A stretch of 64,000 nucleotides of DNA from Macrostomum lignano. Its lineage: Eukaryota. The DNA lies in assembly GCA_002269645.1 (NCBI GenBank), contig NIVC01002943.1, forward strand, positions 65,345-129,344. The letters are read 5' to 3'. Shown one piece after another: positions 16,297 to 29,375 of the stretch. The notes beneath the pieces were generated by a model, which saw only the letters and a program-made list of their open reading frames with translations, ran no database searches and was not told where the DNA came from. The stretch's first letter is position 1. Each line of letters starts with the position of its first letter. A program made the translations under genes and the position numbers.

Positions 16297-19200
16297 TCAA
16301 ATGATCCTGCCACTCTGTCTGAGAGGCTGCTGCTGCTGCTGCGGCTGCTTCCGCCGAATCCGGTAAGTCTTGGGCACCTGAGCATCCCCGGTCTGGTCGG
16401 GCATCCTGGTGGCCTGGTACTCGCGATTCTCAATAGCCGGCATAATCTGATTGCGGATCCGATCGATGGAGCTGCTAGTCTCCAGGCTGGGTGGCGGCAG
16501 GTCCTCAACGCGGGGCAGGCCGATTCTGGACTTCCAGAACGCTTTGGCCGCCTCTGTCCGGTTGATGAGGTGCAGCAGCTGGGCGGTGGCGCCGGTGGCA
16601 AAGAAATAAAACAGATTGGCGCCCGGGAAATTCACCATACAGGTGAACACGAAGGCTGGCAGCAGGGTGTAGGCCAGCGGCTTCACCATGGACATCTGGG
16701 AAGGAGGGTTGGTCGGTGGGGGAAGTGTTGGAGGCGAATCTAAATGTCCTGGAAGTCTGGTGTGAAAGGATCTCAAATAATTAAAGGTTAAGCGTCAGAA
16801 ATGGCAGCTTTGGCCATAGACAAAACACAGCTGATTAATGTCTATATAAACCATGCCAGATGCCTAAATAAAAGTACATAGTGTCAGTCGATTAGGGAAA
16901 GGCCCATGCAATCCTGTGGTAGCTGCAATTTAGTCGCTCAGACTTAGCCGCAAATTAGAGACAGTCAATCCCCAAGCACACGCTCACACAGGGTGTACAG
17001 GGCCCTGAATTTCTTATCGACAAGCAGTGTACACTCTTGGGTTAATTAGGGTAGAGCAGCTTAGCAATAAACGCGTCTGGCTCGGCCCATGGTTCGATTC
17101 TGTGCGCGGCCACTTCCATTTGGGGCCTGTGTGCATGAAAATTGGACTCAGGGTTGTCGGGCGTCGGGTCCATGAGGGCCAGCCCCCCAAAGCGCACAGA
17201 GTGTACATGCCTGATGATTAGAATGTCAGGGCCGCTGTACACCCCTGTGTGAGTGCTCAGGAGCCAGCGGAAAGGGTAGAACTCAAACTCACTTTCTGGT
17301 GAGTGCCAGACGGCTGAGCTGCGTAGAACAGGTGCACATTCAGCATCAGCAGGCCGGTGACGGTGGCAGGCAGCAGGAAGTACGGGTCTACGCAGGTGAG
17401 GTCGGTCAGCCAGAGCACGCCGCCCTGTTGAAAGCTTTCCACAGGCAGGGCGGTGGCCATGTAGATGGCGCGGATGCTGGCCAGCTGAACAAAGGTCAGG
17501 GTGAAGCAGAAGCTGCCCAACACCATCATGTTGCGGCGCATCAGTTTCCGCATTCCAGACGGCGCCAAGAACTGGGGGAACCGTTCGAATGCCTGGAGTA
17601 CAACGAATGTGCAGATTAGTGGGGAACGCCGAGCTGCCCTACTGAGACCTCAGCTACTCTCCCTGTGCTTCAGGGACCTCAGCTACTCCCTCTCTGTGCT
17701 TCAGGGACCTCAGCTACTCTCCCTGTGCTTCAGGGACCTCAGCTACTCCCTCTCTGTGCTTCAGGGACCTCAGCTACTCCCTCTCTGTGCTTCAGGGACC
17801 TCAGCTACTCCCTCTCTGTGCTTCAGGGACCTCAGCTACTCCCTCTCTGTGCTTCAGGGACCTCAGCTACTCTCCCTGTGCTTCAGGGACCTCAGCTACT
17901 CTCCCTGTGCTTCAGGGACCTCAGCTACTCCCTCTCTGTGCTTCAGGGACCTCAGCTACTCTCCCTGTGCTTCAGGGACCTCAGCTACTCTCCCTGTGCT
18001 TCAGGGACCTCAGCTACTCTCCCTGTGCTTCAGGGACCTCAGCTACTCTCCCTGTGCTTCAGGGACCTCAGCTACTCCCTCTCTGTGCTTCAGGGACCTC
18101 AGCTACTCTCCCTGTGCTTCAGGGACCTCAGCTACTCTCCCTGTGCTTCAGGGACCTCAGCTACTCTCCCTGTGCTTCAGGGACCTCAGCTACTCCCTCT
18201 CTGTGCTTCAGGGACCTCAGCTACTCTCCCTGTGCTTCAGGGACCTCAGCTACTCTCCCTGTGCTTCAGGGACCTCAGCTACTCCCTCTCTGTGCTTCAG
18301 GGACCTCAGCTACTCTCCCTGTGCTTCAGGGACCTCAGCTACTCCCTCTCTGTGCTTCAGGGACCTCAGCTACTCCCTCTCTGTGCTTCAGGGACCTCAG
18401 CTACTCCCTCTCTGTGCTTCAGGGACCTCAGCTACTCCCTCTCTGTGCTTCAGGGACCTCAGCTACTCTCCCTGTGCTTCAGGGACCTCAGCTACTCTCC
18501 CTGTGCTTCAGGGACCTCAGCTACTCCCTCTCTGTGCTTCAGGGACCTCAGCTACTCTCCCTGTGCTTCAGGGACCTCAGCTACTCTCCCTGTGCTTCAG
18601 GGACCTCAGCTACTCTCCCTGTGCTTCAGGGACCTCAGCTACTCTCCCTGTGCTTCAGGGACCTCAGCTACTCTCCCTGTGCTTCAGGGACCTCAGCTAC
18701 TCTCCCTGTGCTTCAGGGACCTCAGCTACTCTCCCTGTGCTTCAGGGACCTCAGCTACTCTCCCCGTGCTTCAGGGACCTCAGCTACTCCCTCCCTGTGC
18801 TTCAGGGACCTCAGCTACTCTCCCTGTGCTTCAGGGATCTCAGCCTGAATTAGAAACCTCTGCCTGAATTAGGGACCTCACAGCCAGTGCCAGTGCCTAT
18901 AGGCATAGGCAGGTACTCATATGCCTACTCACCTCTTGCTGCATCCGCATGCTAGCCTGCATGTTGCCGGATCTCTCGTAGAATTTTTGCTGCTCCATAA
19001 ACTTCTGTAAATTAACAAAACTGGGCATGTCAACCCGCATCATACGCTGCAGGTACATATTGGGCAGCAGTAGCATGAGGCGAACGCCGATGCCCATCAG
19101 AACGGCGCACAACCACCAAGGCATGTCCAAGGTGACGTGCAGAGTCTCCAGCCACTTCAGCTGCAGACTGGACGGCCACAGGCCGGTGCCGAGGCCCAGA

Positions 19201-19782
19201 CTGGCGAATGACGGCTGCGCCAGCGAGGAGGCGGCATCGGCGAGGGCGTCTGTTGAAGAGCCTTCGACGAGCTCCTGGACAAAAGGCGTAAAGTGAATTG
19301 ATTTTCGAAACCCCTGTCTGTTTATTGTGTACAGTCCTGGGTGTCCAGGGCATTGGGATTCTAAATATCCTCCAGACTGGGATCTAAAATCAGACTCCAA
19401 TTTTCACCTGGATGGCGGCGGGCGCATCCTCCACAAAGAAAGAAGAGCTGTCAGCTGACGGCGGGTTGGCAGCCGCGCCTTGTCGCAGCGCCTCGTCTAC
19501 CGGCGGTGCCGCCGACATCGGCGGCGTCGGCGGGTCGGCAGCTTCGGGGCCGTCAATGAACCAGGCTCGCAGGTTGTCCACCGTGACAAAGCTGCGAGCT
19601 GTCGGCGTCAGCATAGCCGACTGTCTCGGATGCAGCTGGAGTAGCAGGGCGCGCTGCCGTTGCCATGGCAACCCGGCCGCCTGAGACAGACACCGCCTGC
19701 ACACAACAAAGGCTGTGAAGCGAGTGAGACTGCCGGCTGGCGGCCGTGTGGAGGCCGCGATTTTCAAAATGCGGCGATGCAT
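16297..19782 (-). CDS. OXA1L: Mitochondrial inner-membrane insertase OXA1L (YidC/Oxa1 family), 4 exons (19782-19408, 19274-18933, 17592-17293, 16695-16297), 471 aa
   Basis: Arg-rich transit peptide MHRRILKIAASTRPP; family motifs SFASLGLG...LETLHVTLDMPWW...GVRLMLL and GGVLWLTDLTCVDPYFLLP; TM segments; basic C-terminal tail typical of OXA1 rather than COX18. All introns phase 0, GT-AG. Confidence 0.87.
16971..17037 (-). other. Intronic hairpin element, copy C (inverted relative to copy B)
   Basis: Reverse complement reads AGAGTGTACACTGCTTGTCGATAAGAAATTCAGGGCCCTGTACACCCTGTGTGAGCGTGTGCTTGGG, which aligns with copies A and B. Confidence 0.75.
17174..17256 (+). other. Intronic hairpin element, copy B
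   Basis: GAGGGCCAG...AGAGTGTACATGCCTGATGATTAGAATGTCAGGGCCGCTGTACACCCCTGTGTGAG. Stems CACAG/CTGTG, GTGTACA/TGTACAC and CCTGA/TCAGG. Confidence 0.8.
17645..18845. repeat. 29/31-bp minisatellite (CAGGGACCTCAGCTACTC[T/CCT]CCCTGTGCTT) in OXA1L intron 2
   Basis: About 40 near-identical units in two length variants; intron spans 17593-18932. Confidence 0.97.
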
Positions 19783-19864
19783 GAATGAACGAGGAATCCA
19801 AGTTAATAGAGTGCATACTGGGCTGAGGCCCGCTACTGACAGTAGCTGACTGGGATAATTTTAC

Positions 19865-20090
19865 TGGGATAAACTGGCTCATTGTGCTGCTGCAGGTCCC
19901 ATGGGATAAACTGGCTCATTGTGCTGCTGCAGGTCCCATGGGATAAACTGACTCATTGTGCTGCTGCAGGTCCCATGGGATAAACTGGCTCATTGTGCTG
20001 CTGCAGGTCCCATGGGATAAACTGGCTCATTGTGCTGCTGCTGCAGGTCCCATGGGATAAACTGGCTAATTGTGCTGCTGCTGCAGGTCC
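19865..20090. repeat. 37-bp minisatellite, 6 copies, between the PEX1 stop and the OXA1L start
   Basis: GGGATAAA at 19866, 19903, 19940, 19977, 20014 and 20054. Confidence 0.95.
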
Positions 20091-20333
20091 CGCGTCTTAT
20101 GAGATGATAAACTTGCAGGTGGAACGGATATCTAGATAAAATGACACAAATGCCGTAGGATATGAATCAATCAATCAAGAATTACTAAAAAATCATGCAA
20201 TAAAAATCCTTAACTAGAACAAATATATTAAAACTCTTTTTACAGACTACTAATAAGAAATGGCGCATTAGTGCATGTTATCATCAGCGACAGCACTACT
20301 CATAGTAGCACAATGTCAATCAAATTCAAGCAA

Positions 20334-23300
20334 TCAGGCAAACATCACTCTTCGGCCGGGTTGCAGTGCAGTTGGCGAAGCAGCAGATTCGCCGCCTACT
20401 ACTGACAGTAGCGAAGGCCGCACCCTGTCCAGAGCGGCCAGCAGCTCGGACTGTCCATAGCAGCAGCTGTCAGCGCTGGCCTCGGCAGCGGCTGCCAGCA
20501 GCAGGGCGTTAAAATCGGCCGAGCAGAAGCCCTCAGTAGAATCGGCGATGCGGTCAAGCAGCTGCTCCTTGTCGGCGAGTTCAGCGAAGCCGTCGGCAGT
20601 CAGCAGCGAGTCGATGATGCTCCGACGATCTTCGCGTCCGGGCAGCTGGCAGACGGCGCGCAGGCCGATGCGGCCGGGACGGAGCAGGGCGGGGTCGACG
20701 AGGTCCGGCCGGTTGGTGGCGGCCAGGAGGGCCACCCCGGCCAGGCCGTCCGAGTCCAGGCCGTCCAGCTCGGTGAGCAGCTGATTGACAACTTGGTCGG
20801 TGACGCCGGTGCTGTCGTTGCCGCGTCTGGGCGCCAGGGCGTCCACCTGGGGGGTTGAGGATTGGAAAGAGTGAACAGGCGTTGGGCTGTTCAAAGACTT
20901 CAATGTTCACTACATGACCCGTACAGCCTTTGGTGTACACTACTTGACCAGTACAGCCTTTGGTGTACACTAATGACTCGTACAGCCTTTGGTGTACACT
21001 ACAAGACCAAAGACCCGTACAGCCTTTGGTGTGCACTACATGACCCGAACAGCCTTTGGTGTGCACTACATGACCCGAACAGCCTTTGGTGTGCACTACA
21101 TGACCCGAACAGCCTTTGGTGTGCACTACATGACCCGTACAGCCTTTGGTGTGCACTACATGACCCGTACAGCCTTTGGTGTGCACTACATGACCTGTAC
21201 AGCCTTTGGTGTGCACTACATGACCCGTACAGCCTTTGGTGTGCACTACACGACCAGTACAGCCTTTGGTGTACACTAATGACCCGTACAGCCTTTGGTG
21301 TACACTACAAGACCAAAGACCCGTACAGCCTTTGGTGTGCACTACATGACCCGAACAGCCTTTGGTGTGCACTACATGACCCGTACAGCCTTTGGTGTGC
21401 ACTACATGACCCGAACAGCCTTTGGTGTGCACTACATGACCCGTACAGCCTTTGGTGTGCACTACATGACCCGTACAGCCTTTGGTGTGCACTACATGAC
21501 CTGTACAGCCTTTGGTGTGCACTACATGACCCGTACAGCCTTTGGTGTGCACTACACGACCAGTACAGCCTTTGGTGTACACTAATGACCCGTACAGCCT
21601 TTGGTGTACACTACAAGACCAAAGACCCGTACAGCCTTTGGTGTGCACTACATGACCCGAACAGCCTTTGATGTGCACTACATGACCCGTACAGACTTTG
21701 GTGTGCACTACATGACCCGTACAGCCTTTGGTGTGCACTACATGACCCGTACAGCCTTTGGTGTGCACTACATGACCTGTACAGCCTTTGGTGTGCACTA
21801 CATGACCCGTACAGCCTTTGGTGTGCACTACATGACCCGTACAGCCTTTGGTGTGCACTACATGACCCGTACAGCCTTTGGTGTACACTAATGACCCGTA
21901 CAGCCTTTGGTGTACACTACAAGACCAAAGACCCGTACAGCCTTTGGTGTGCACTACATGACTCGTACAGCCTTTGGTGTGCACTACATCACCCGTACAG
22001 CCTTTGGTGTACACTACACGACCAGTACAGCCTTTGGTGTACACTAATGACCCCACAGCCTTTGGTGTGCACTACATGACCCGTACAGCCTTTGGTGTGC
22101 ACTACATGACCCGTACAGCCTTTGGTGTGCACTACATGACCCGTACAGCCTTTGGTGTGCACTACATGACACGTACAGCCTTTGGTGTACACTACATGAC
22201 CCGTACAGCTTTTGGTGTACACTACATGACTCGCACAAAGAATTTAAGGTACACTACATGACCCACACAAAGACTTTGATCTACACTGCATGCCCCGCAT
22301 AAAGACTTTGACGTACAATTACATGACCAGCACAAAGTCTTTAATGTACTCTAAATGACCCGTAAAGGCCATGATATGCAGACCCGTACAAAGACTTTGA
22401 GGTCCATCTACTTCTTGACGCGTAACAGACTTTGATCTATCCCCTATCAAACAGGCGCAGACAATCATACACACCTCGTCCAGAAACACCAGACACGGCT
22501 GCAGGCGTCGAGCTTTAGCGAACAGATCGCGCACCGCTCGCTCGCTGGCGCCAACAAATTTGCTGAGCAGCTCCGGTCCGCGCACGGCCAGCAGACGGAG
22601 ACGGAGGTGGCGGGCCAGCGCCATGACCAGCATGGATTTGCCGCAGCCAGACGGTCCAGTCAGCAACACGCCAGCGGTGGCAGCGGCGCCGCCGCGTACG
22701 CGCTGGACTAAGCGCGGGAATCGCAGCGGCCAGATGATGGCGCGCTCCAACACAGCTTTGGCCGAATCCAGGCCGCAGATCTGAGCGCGATCATTTTGAC
22801 AGATTTTTGTAGATGACAAGACTGGCTTTTAGTGGGTGTTTATAGCTACTCTTAGAGGGTGTTTATAGCTACCGTTAGTGGGTGTTTATAGTTAATTTTA
22901 AGTGGGTGCCTATAATAGATATGTGTTTTAAGAGCAGAGTTTCAGTGGGTGTTTATAGCTACCCTTATTAGGTGTTTATAGCTACTCTTAGTAGGTGTTT
23001 ATAGCTGCTCTTTGTAAGTTTATAGTCACCTTTAGTGGGTGTTTGGAGTTACTTTTAGTGGGTGTTTATAGCTACTCTCAGTAGGTTTTTACGCTCGTTT
23101 AAGCTACTTTTAGTGGGTTTTTAAATCGGATGCTAGGTGTTCAGAACAGACTTTCAGTGGGTGTTTATAGCTTACCATCATTGGGTGTTAATGGCGATTG
23201 TTACATGGTTTATAGCGCATATTAAAGCTTGTAGCTTGTAGCGGAGTTATGTAGCTCCTAGCTCCTTACCTGGTCATACTCAAGCGGCAGCTGAGCCCTA

Positions 23301-26300
23301 GCCGGATTGCACTCATCCCTGGCCTGCCTGACAGCGCCCAGAGCCACTTCCAACTGAAGCCTGGCGGCAGTGTCCGGGCTGCAGTATTCCAGAATCCGCT
23401 TGCACCTGGCGAACTCGCCCAGCGTCAGCTGCCGGCTAGCGGAGTCGGCGCCATCAGCGGAGAGCGTCAGCAGCCGGCGCATGTCACCGGTGGGCGACAG
23501 GCGGATGTCCAACTGGCTGTCCGTGTCAAAGAGGCACTGACCGGCTGCCGAATCAATCAGCTGAGAATTTATAGGGCCGCCTGCAGTGGCCAGCAGCATT
23601 AAGCCGGGCTGGTGGCGAGCCCATTTCAATAGGCTGCGAATCAGGTGGCACAGGCGAACCAGCTGGACCTGATGGGCGGTTGCCAGGGGAGTAGGCAGCA
23701 TAGCTTGAATCTATCACAGGCAATTGTCGGTGCGCATAGGCCTGCTGCTTTCAAAATTGAGCAATGGGCCAGACTGGCATGCAGTGAAGCGAATCGTCAG
23801 GCCCTCACAAACACACGCGCCTGCTAGGCTCAGACTGTACATTTGGTGCCCCGCTAGCTACTAGAAAAATGTGCAGAGTGCGCGCTTATCTATTAAAGCA
23901 GGCATAATTACAGACAGTGTACGCAGCTGCCAGGGGCAGGTAAACAGTGAAGACATTTAGCGAGTAGCTTACTACTGCCTCAGGGGTCACACACTGCAAC
24001 GATAACAGATTCCGACAGGCGGCATTCGGGTTTGATTTGACCGCCGGCTTTAACACTTAGCAGTATATCTAGACTTTTATTCATAAAGCTGAGTCGATCA
24101 AAAACTTTTTTCACGGCAGTGGGGAAGCATTTTATCACATTTTTATAAACCTAATTTACTAAACGAAAATCTTTCTAAATATCAATAGAGCTATAGGAAT
24201 GGCACAACATATCAAAAGATGAACACTGGGTCTGCCTCCTATCGAAAGCAATAACAATTTTTGTGCTGAAAAAATGAGGACTTCCAATCTCCGTAGTGTC
24301 TTTTTCGGCGAGAACCAGCCTCATAAACATCTAAGAAACGTAGGAAACGTCATCTACTTGAGGAGTCCTTGATTTTTTTAATATTGGAGTTCTTGTAGAG
24401 GACTATGGCAACTGAAAAAAAGCTCAGACTGCAGGCTACCGAATTACACGAATCGAGTCCGGGACCCAGACAAAAAATCTCCGAATGCTATTGCTACCTC
24501 TGCGCCGGTGCCGACTTGGCCGTCTTCAACTGGCGCGCAGGCAGCGTCCAGGTTGTCCAGCAGCAGGCCAGCGGGCGCCCGGGCCGCGGCAAGGCGGGCC
24601 GACCGCCACAGCCGCCTGCGCGCCGATGCGAACTCCAGCCGGGCCAGCCGACGGCAGTCCACGGCGTCGCCGGCGTGGAAGCCGTTGCGACGCAGCCGCG
24701 ACGCGAACCGACACAGTAGCGCCGTTTTGCCTGAGCCGCCGCCGCCACCGCTGCTGTCATCTCGAAACAGAGTCAGGCAGCTCAGCCTGCTGGGACCGGC
24801 CACGGCCGCGGTGAACTGGCGAAACAGCTGACTGACCAGCGGCTCCAGGGCGTCAGCCAGCCAGTCTGGCAGCTGTTCGTTGTCGCCACCATCGCCATCT
24901 TGATCATTGACAGCGGCTGACTCAACTGTCGAGATGCCCAGCCGGGGTCCCAATTCGCGGCATAGGAGAGCGAATGGCAACTGAGGCGGCTGCTGCTGTT
25001 TGGCACTGCTCGGGTGGAAAATCAGCTCGGTCAGGCAGGCGTGATGGACACCGCTGTCTTCTGAAGCCAGTTTTTGTTTTCTTCTACTTTTTATGATCAT
25101 ACACTGGCTGCCGCTACCCTCCTGTGGGTCATACACTGGCTGCCGCTACCCTCCTGTGGGTCATTTAGTGGCTGCCGCTACCCTCCTGTGGGTCATTTAG
25201 TGGCTGCCGCTACCCTCCGGTGGGTCATTTAGTGGCTGCCGCTACCCTCCTGTGGGTCATACACTGGCTGCCGCTACCCTCCTGTGGGTCATACACTGGC
25301 TGCCGCTACCCTCCTGTGGGTCATTTAGTGGCTGCCACTACCCTCCTGTGGGTCATTTAGTGGCTGCCACTACCCTCCTGTGGGTCATTTAGTGGCTGCC
25401 ACTACCCTCCTGTGGGTCATTTAGTGGCTGCCGCTACCCTCCTGTGGGTCATTTAGTGGCTGCCGCTACCCTCCTGTGGGTCATTTAGTGGCTGCCGCTA
25501 CCCTCCTGTGGGTCATTTAGTGGCTGCCGCTACCCTCCTGTGGGTCATTTAGTGGCTGCCGCTACCCTCCTGTGGGTCATTTAGTGGCTGCCGCTACCCT
25601 CCTGTGGGGCATACACTGACTGCTGCTACCCTCCTGTGGGTCATTCAGTGGCTGCCGCTACCATCCTGTGGGTTATTCAGTGGCTGCCGCTACCATCCTG
25701 TGGGTCATTCAGTGGCTGCCGCTACCATCCTGTGGGTCATTCAGTGGCTGCCGCTACCCTGCTGTGGGTCATACACTGGCTGCCGCTACCATCCTGTGGG
25801 TTATTCAGTGGCTGCCGCTACCATCCTGTGGGTTATTCAGTGGCTGCCGCTACCATTCTGTGGGTTATTCAGTGGCTGCCGCTACCATCCTGTGGGTTAT
25901 TCAGTGGCTGTCGCTACCCTGCTGTGGGTCATACACTGGCTGCCGCTACCATCCTGTGGGTCATTCAGTGGCTGCCGCTACCCTGCTGTGGGTCATACAC
26001 TGGCTGCCGCTACCATCATGTGGGTTATTCAGTGGCTGCCGCTACCATCCTGTGGGTTATTCAGTGGCTGCCGCTACCATTCTGTGGGTTATTCAGTGGC
26101 TGCCGCTACCATCCTGTGGGTTATTCAGTGGCTGCCGCTACCCTCCTGTGGGGCATACACTGACTGCTGCTACCCTCCTGTGGGTCATTCAGTGGCTGCC
26201 GCTACTATCCTGTGGGTCATTCAGTGGCTGCCGCTACCATCCTGTGGGTCATTCAGTGGCTGCCGCTACCCTGCTGTGGGTCATACACTGGCTGCCGCTA

Positions 26301-29300
26301 CCATCCTGTGGGTCATTCAGTGGCTGCCGCTACCCTGCTGTGGGTCATACACTGGCTGCCGCTACCCTCCTGTGGGTCATTCAGTGGCTGTCAAGCAATA
26401 TAAAATCCAAATTAAAGACACAACTATAACAAATAATATTAATAGACTCACCGGTAAAGGCGAGCTTTCTATTGCCCAAAATCAAGGCCGGATTATCAGC
26501 TGTTCTTGTCCTGATAAATCCCTCCAGCGCCTGTTTGGCAGCCTGATAAAGGAAACGAGAATTGAAACACGGTCTGGATTATAAACAGAAGCATTTGACG
26601 GGAATTATATAAATGGCAGTCAGTCTCGCAAGTCTAACAAGCACACAATCTCTCATACAAAAACACACATGTGAGCACAGCACTAACATGCAATTTGTCG
26701 GCTTTGCCAGACAATCGAAGCTCTTTTAAACGAATGCAGCCTTTGATTAAATCTGAGGTGACATCGGAGCCGGCGGTCTCGGCCTGAAGGACACGAGGCT
26801 TGACCAGCCGCAGCCAGGAGCCGCAGGCGATGCCAAGGGCAGCGGCGCAGGCTGGGGTCAACTGGAGACAGTCCGCAGGCACGGAGTCGCAGGGCAGCAG
26901 CTTCAACAGCAGAGGGCCGCCAGCTTTGGCTGATGACTCATCCATCACGGCTGACTCTTGCGGTCCTAACAGCTGGACTTCGACCAGGCACCAGCTGGCA
27001 CTGCGGCTGCCGCCGGCTGACCGCAGGTGGCGCGGACTGACGAGGCCGCAGTTTGGCTCGGCGATGCGGTCGGAGGCTTCGGGAACTGCGCGAGCCTGCG
27101 GTTTTGAGTTTGAGACGTGCAGGCTTGATCATAATTTAAGGACTTTTGAATAGCAAAAAGCATGGTTTCGTGTTTTGTGTTACAGTGTGTCAGTGACGCA
27201 TCAGCTTTCTTTTTGTGTCATAGCGTGTGTCAGTGACGCATCAGCTTTCTTTTTGTGTCATAGCCTGTGTCAGTGACGCATCAGCTTTCTTTTTGTGTCA
27301 TAGCGTGTGTCAGTGATGCATCAGCTTTCATTTTGTGTCATAGCGTGTGTCAGTGACGCATCAGCTTTCATTTTGTGTCACAGCGTGTGTCAGTGACGCA
27401 TCAGCTTTCTTTTTGTGTCATAGCGTGTGTCAGTGACGCATCAGCTTTCTTTTTGTGTCATAGCGTGTGTCAGTGATGCATCAGCTTTCATTTTGTGTCA
27501 TAGCGTGTGTCAGTGACGCATCAGCTTTCATTTTGTGTCACAGCGTGTCAGTGACGCATCAGCTTTCATTTTGTGTCACAGCGTGTGTCAGTGACACATC
27601 AGCTTTCATTTTGTCACAGCGTGTGTCAGTGACACATCAGCTTTCATTTTGTGTCACAGCGTGTGTCAGTGACACATCAGCTTTCATTTTGTGTCACAGC
27701 GTGTGTCAGTGACGCATCAGCTTTCATTTTGTGTCACAGCGTGTCAGTGACGCATCAGCTTTCATTTTGTGTCACAGCGTGTGTCAGTGACACATCAGCT
27801 TTCATTTTGTCACAGCGTGTGTCAGTGACACATCAGCTTTCATTTTGTGTCACAGCGTGTGTCAGTGACACATCAGCTTTCATTTTGTGTCACAGCGTGT
27901 GTCAGTGACACATCAGCTTTCATTTTGTGTCACAGCGTGTGTCAGTGACACATCAGCTTTCATTTTGTGTCACAGCGTGTGTCAGTGACGCATCAGCTTT
28001 CATTTTGTGTCACAGCGTGTGTCATGACACACCAGCTTTTATTTTGTGTCATAGCGTGTAATGACACCAGTTTTCATTTTGCGTCATAGTGAGTGTCATG
28101 ACAAACTGTAAACATGGAGTCTGCAGACTTGTGCAGCTTCTCTGGGTCAGAGGCTCAGCAGTGTAAAAGGTCCGGTAGCGATGTTGGTATTTGAACTGAC
28201 GCCAGCTGGCATCCTGAGTTTGGCATTCCCGTGGAATATCAAGACAGTTTATTTAGCTTTCACAAGCTCGAAATGTCCATCAACTCACCTGTAGCAGCAG
28301 CGGGCGATGGTAACTCGGCCTTGAGCTGCTCGCAGGCGACACTCCAGCCGGTCCGTTCGTCAGCTGGCCGACGCAACGTCTGCAGGCGGCCCGCAGCCGC
28401 AGCAGCTGGCCGATGCCCAGGCCGTGGCCAATCAGCCAGCGGCAGACAAAATCCGCCAGCTTCCACAGAATGCCGGGCAACCAAGCTGGCCGGACTGCGG
28501 AGTCTTCATCACCAGCAACTGGCAATGCGGCCTCTTCTGCTGCAGGCTCTGCTTCTGTTGGCGAATTTCCTGGCGTTGCCAACCCGTTGCCAAGGCCAAC
28601 AGCTCGTCCGCCGCTGAATTGACCATGCTGACGGCAGTTCAAATGCAGCGTAGTGCTGATGCCCAGCCGGCCGAATTTGTTCTCAATGCTGATTGGATGA
28701 AAGTTTTCCACTGTGCAGTACACCAGCTGGCCGCCGCACCACACTGGCAGCTGCATGCCGAGGTACACGAATGAGCACTGCAGCAGGAAGCCCTGCTCAA
28801 GCTCTGCCTCGCATTTGCGCTGCAATGCAGGGTTTGTGAGGATTTTTTATCTTTGAACCTCACAGGTACTTCAGTGTGTTTCTATCCCTGATGCTCACAG
28901 GTACTTCAGTGTGTTTCTATCCCTGATGCTCACAGGTACTTCAGTGTGTTTCTATCCCTGATGCTCACAGGTACTTCAGTGTGCTTCTATCCCTGATGCT
29001 CACATGTACATGTGGTTGCTAAAACTTGAACCCGGAGAATTTAGACTTTGGCATATAACTTACCAAAACATCCAAATCGAATGATGTCGCATCTAATGAC
29101 ACTGAGGATAGCAATGGAACAGTGCTAGGATCAATAACAGTCAGGGTTACCTGAAGTATCGATAAAAAATATATACTTAGTATAAACAGAAGGCTAATGT
29201 AATTTAGACAAGAAAATAGCTGTTTAATTAATCTTACAAAGTCATCAGCGTTTAAGTGAAGTTTCTTGAACAAATAGTTAGGGATGCTTAGAACTGAAGA

Positions 29301-29375
29301 TGGCACAGTGCCAACACAGGCTACAGAGCATGCCACGAATGCTGGCACTTTAGCATCAATGGATGCATACACAAT
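20334..29375 (-). CDS. PEX1: Peroxisomal AAA ATPase PEX1; exons 29375-29238, 29150-29064, 28819-28289, 27095-26688, 26542-26452, 25060-24498, 23668-23270, 22780-22475, 20846-20334; first exon uncertain (candidate 34361-34221)
   Basis: N-domain similarity ([34 protein letters not shown]); degenerate D1 ([15 protein letters not shown]); intact D2 ([34 protein letters not shown]|[47 protein letters not shown]); PEX1-type C-terminus PGRRVMFA*. All junctions in phase. Confidence 0.9.
20905..22400. repeat. 30-bp minisatellite (TACAGCCTTTGGTGTGCACTACATGACCCG) with a 306-bp higher-order repeat, in the last PEX1 intron
   Basis: Near-identical repeat-derived ORFs start at 20989, 21295 and 21601 (spacing 306); the array decays toward 22400. 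Confidence 0.96.
22825..23175. repeat. Degenerate ~21-bp array (TTAGTGGGTGTTTATAGCTAC) in a PEX1 intron
   Basis: Recurrent GTGGGTGTTTATAGCTAC with many substitutions. Confidence 0.8.
25100..26395. repeat. 32-bp minisatellite (TGCCGCTACCCTCCTGTGGGTCATTTAGTGGC) in a PEX1 intron
   Basis: Period 32 (25141, 25173). Variant composition changes along the array (tttag-type on the left, ttcag/catcc-type on the right). Confidence 0.97.
27184..28090. repeat. 40-bp minisatellite (GTGTGTCAGTGACGCATCAGCTTTCATTTTGTGTCACAGC) in a PEX1 intron
   Basis: Period 40 (27185, 27225), with occasional GT-dinucleotide deletions. Confidence 0.97.
28859..29003. repeat. 35-bp unit x4 in a short PEX1 intron
   Basis: CACAGGTACTTCAG at 28861, 28896, ... 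Confidence 0.93.

Noticed and set aside
17045-17112. Functional tRNA gene
   Set aside because: Only D-arm-like and T-arm motifs are present; there is no convincing acceptor stem or anticodon arm. Kept only as a possible SINE head.
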